Positions 12,926 through 13,388 of a stretch of DNA of 13,388 bases are shown here, in pieces; within the stretch, counting starts at the first letter, position 1, and each line of letters starts with the position of its first letter. The notes below the pieces were generated by a model. The model was not told the DNA's origin. It searched no databases and worked only from the letters and a program-made list of their open reading frames with translations. Position numbers and translations under genes: made by a program. This DNA comes from a virus: IMG/VR virus record IMGVR_UViG_3300045988_103977; one strand, 5' to 3'.

Positions 12926-13058
12926 AGACAAACTGAGAGAAACTATTGACGCTATGACATATGTCCAGTCTAAGGAAAAGTTGGATGAACTGTTTGAGGA
13001 GTCTATAGCTAAACTTATTATTTATCGAGTAGAATTGAAAAGAAAATTAAAAAAGTGA
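12900..13058 (+). CDS. Possible 52-aa helical protein (MNLRVYDAKDKLRETIDAMTYVQSKEKLDELFEESIAKLIIYRVELKRKLKK)
   Basis: Not in the ORF track. Its ATG overlaps the last 26 nt of the polymerase gene, and AAAGGA lies 9 nt upstream. It fills the 140-nt space between the polymerase stop and the terminator. Confidence 0.4.
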   Translation: MNLRVYDAKDKLRETIDAMTYVQSKEKLDELFEESIAKLIIYRVELKRKLKK

Positions 13059-13067
13059 TTTCTAATA

Positions 13068-13096
13068 AGAGGATGGCTTCGGCTGTCCTCTTTTTT
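13068..13096 (+). terminator. Rho-independent terminator closing the plus-strand early operon
   Basis: AGAGGATGGC-TTCG-GCTGTCCTCT, a 10-bp stem with two G-U pairs and a UUCG loop, runs into TTTTTT. It ends 7 nt before the ITR begins. Confidence 0.8.
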
Positions 13097-13103
13097 CGCG
13101 GGT

Positions 13104-13388
13104 AGTTAGTTAGGATTAACTTTGTTCCCTAGTAGTTAATCAGGACTAACTCATGGCGGAGCGACCGGAGGGAGCGGAGCGGTAAGCGACCGAGCGGAGG
13201 GAGCCACGGGCGACCGAGCGGAGCGAGGGAGCCACATTTCGAACATATGTTTGGTTTATGTGTTCTTCGACGGCGGACAAATCGGGCGGTTTGTGTTTGT
13301 CGGCGGCGGACAGACGGAGAGAACTGTGTCCGTCACTGGCGGACAAATTGGGGAAAATGTCCGTGACACACGGATATGTATATACTTT
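13104..13388. repeat. Right inverted terminal repeat (ITR-R), 285 bp
   Basis: Exact reverse complement of 1..285. The window ends ...GTATATACTTT-3', so the bottom strand also starts 5'-AAAGTA. Confidence 0.95.

Noticed and set aside
1-13388. Search for a lysogeny module (integrase, CI-like repressor, att site), tRNAs, a CRISPR array, reverse transcriptase or other defence or anti-defence cassettes
   Set aside because: No ORF shows integrase or recombinase motifs. No cloverleaf-like tRNA candidate or repeat-spacer array was seen. The small RHH protein alone is not evidence of a temperate lifestyle. The genome is fully accounted for by replication, morphogenesis and lysis functions plus a few small unknowns.

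Overview
The window looks like a complete linear genome of a very small phi29-like tailed phage that replicates by protein priming with a family-B DNA polymerase. It is bounded by a perfect 285-bp inverted terminal repeat (1..285 is the reverse complement of 13104..13388), and the outermost bases are 5'-AAAGTA. The layout is two divergent blocks separated by a promoter region at 9715..9885. The plus-strand early operon (9886..13058) encodes an 80-aa protein, a 27-aa membrane peptide, a 57-aa ribbon-helix-helix protein, a putative 168-aa terminal protein, the DNA polymerase and a 52-aa ORF. The minus-strand block (9714 down to 332) encodes a p6-like and a p5-like early protein, a gp16-type packaging ATPase, a holin-like protein, a stand-alone SH3b protein, a Pro-Ala-repeat scaffold candidate, the major capsid protein, a gp9-like tail knob, a lysozyme-like hydrolase, the portal, a lower-collar candidate and an SGNH-esterase tail fibre. 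Each block ends in a Rho-independent terminator just inside the ITR. Strong AGGAGG-type ribosome-binding sites and AT-rich coding DNA suggest a Bacillota host. Four things are not explained by ordinary gene annotation. First, a promoter-driven three-way-junction RNA sits between the ATPase and holin genes; it is either pRNA-like or a stabilising 5' leader. Second, four copies of a GTTTCACGTGAAAC palindrome occur only in two minus-strand intergenic regions. Third, the ITR has an unusual internal architecture: 33-bp phased TGTCCGCC boxes and a roughly 77% G+C degenerate tandem repeat. Fourth, several ORFs under 60 aa show translational-coupling signatures and are absent from the ORF track. All homology statements rest on motifs recalled from memory and need database confirmation.
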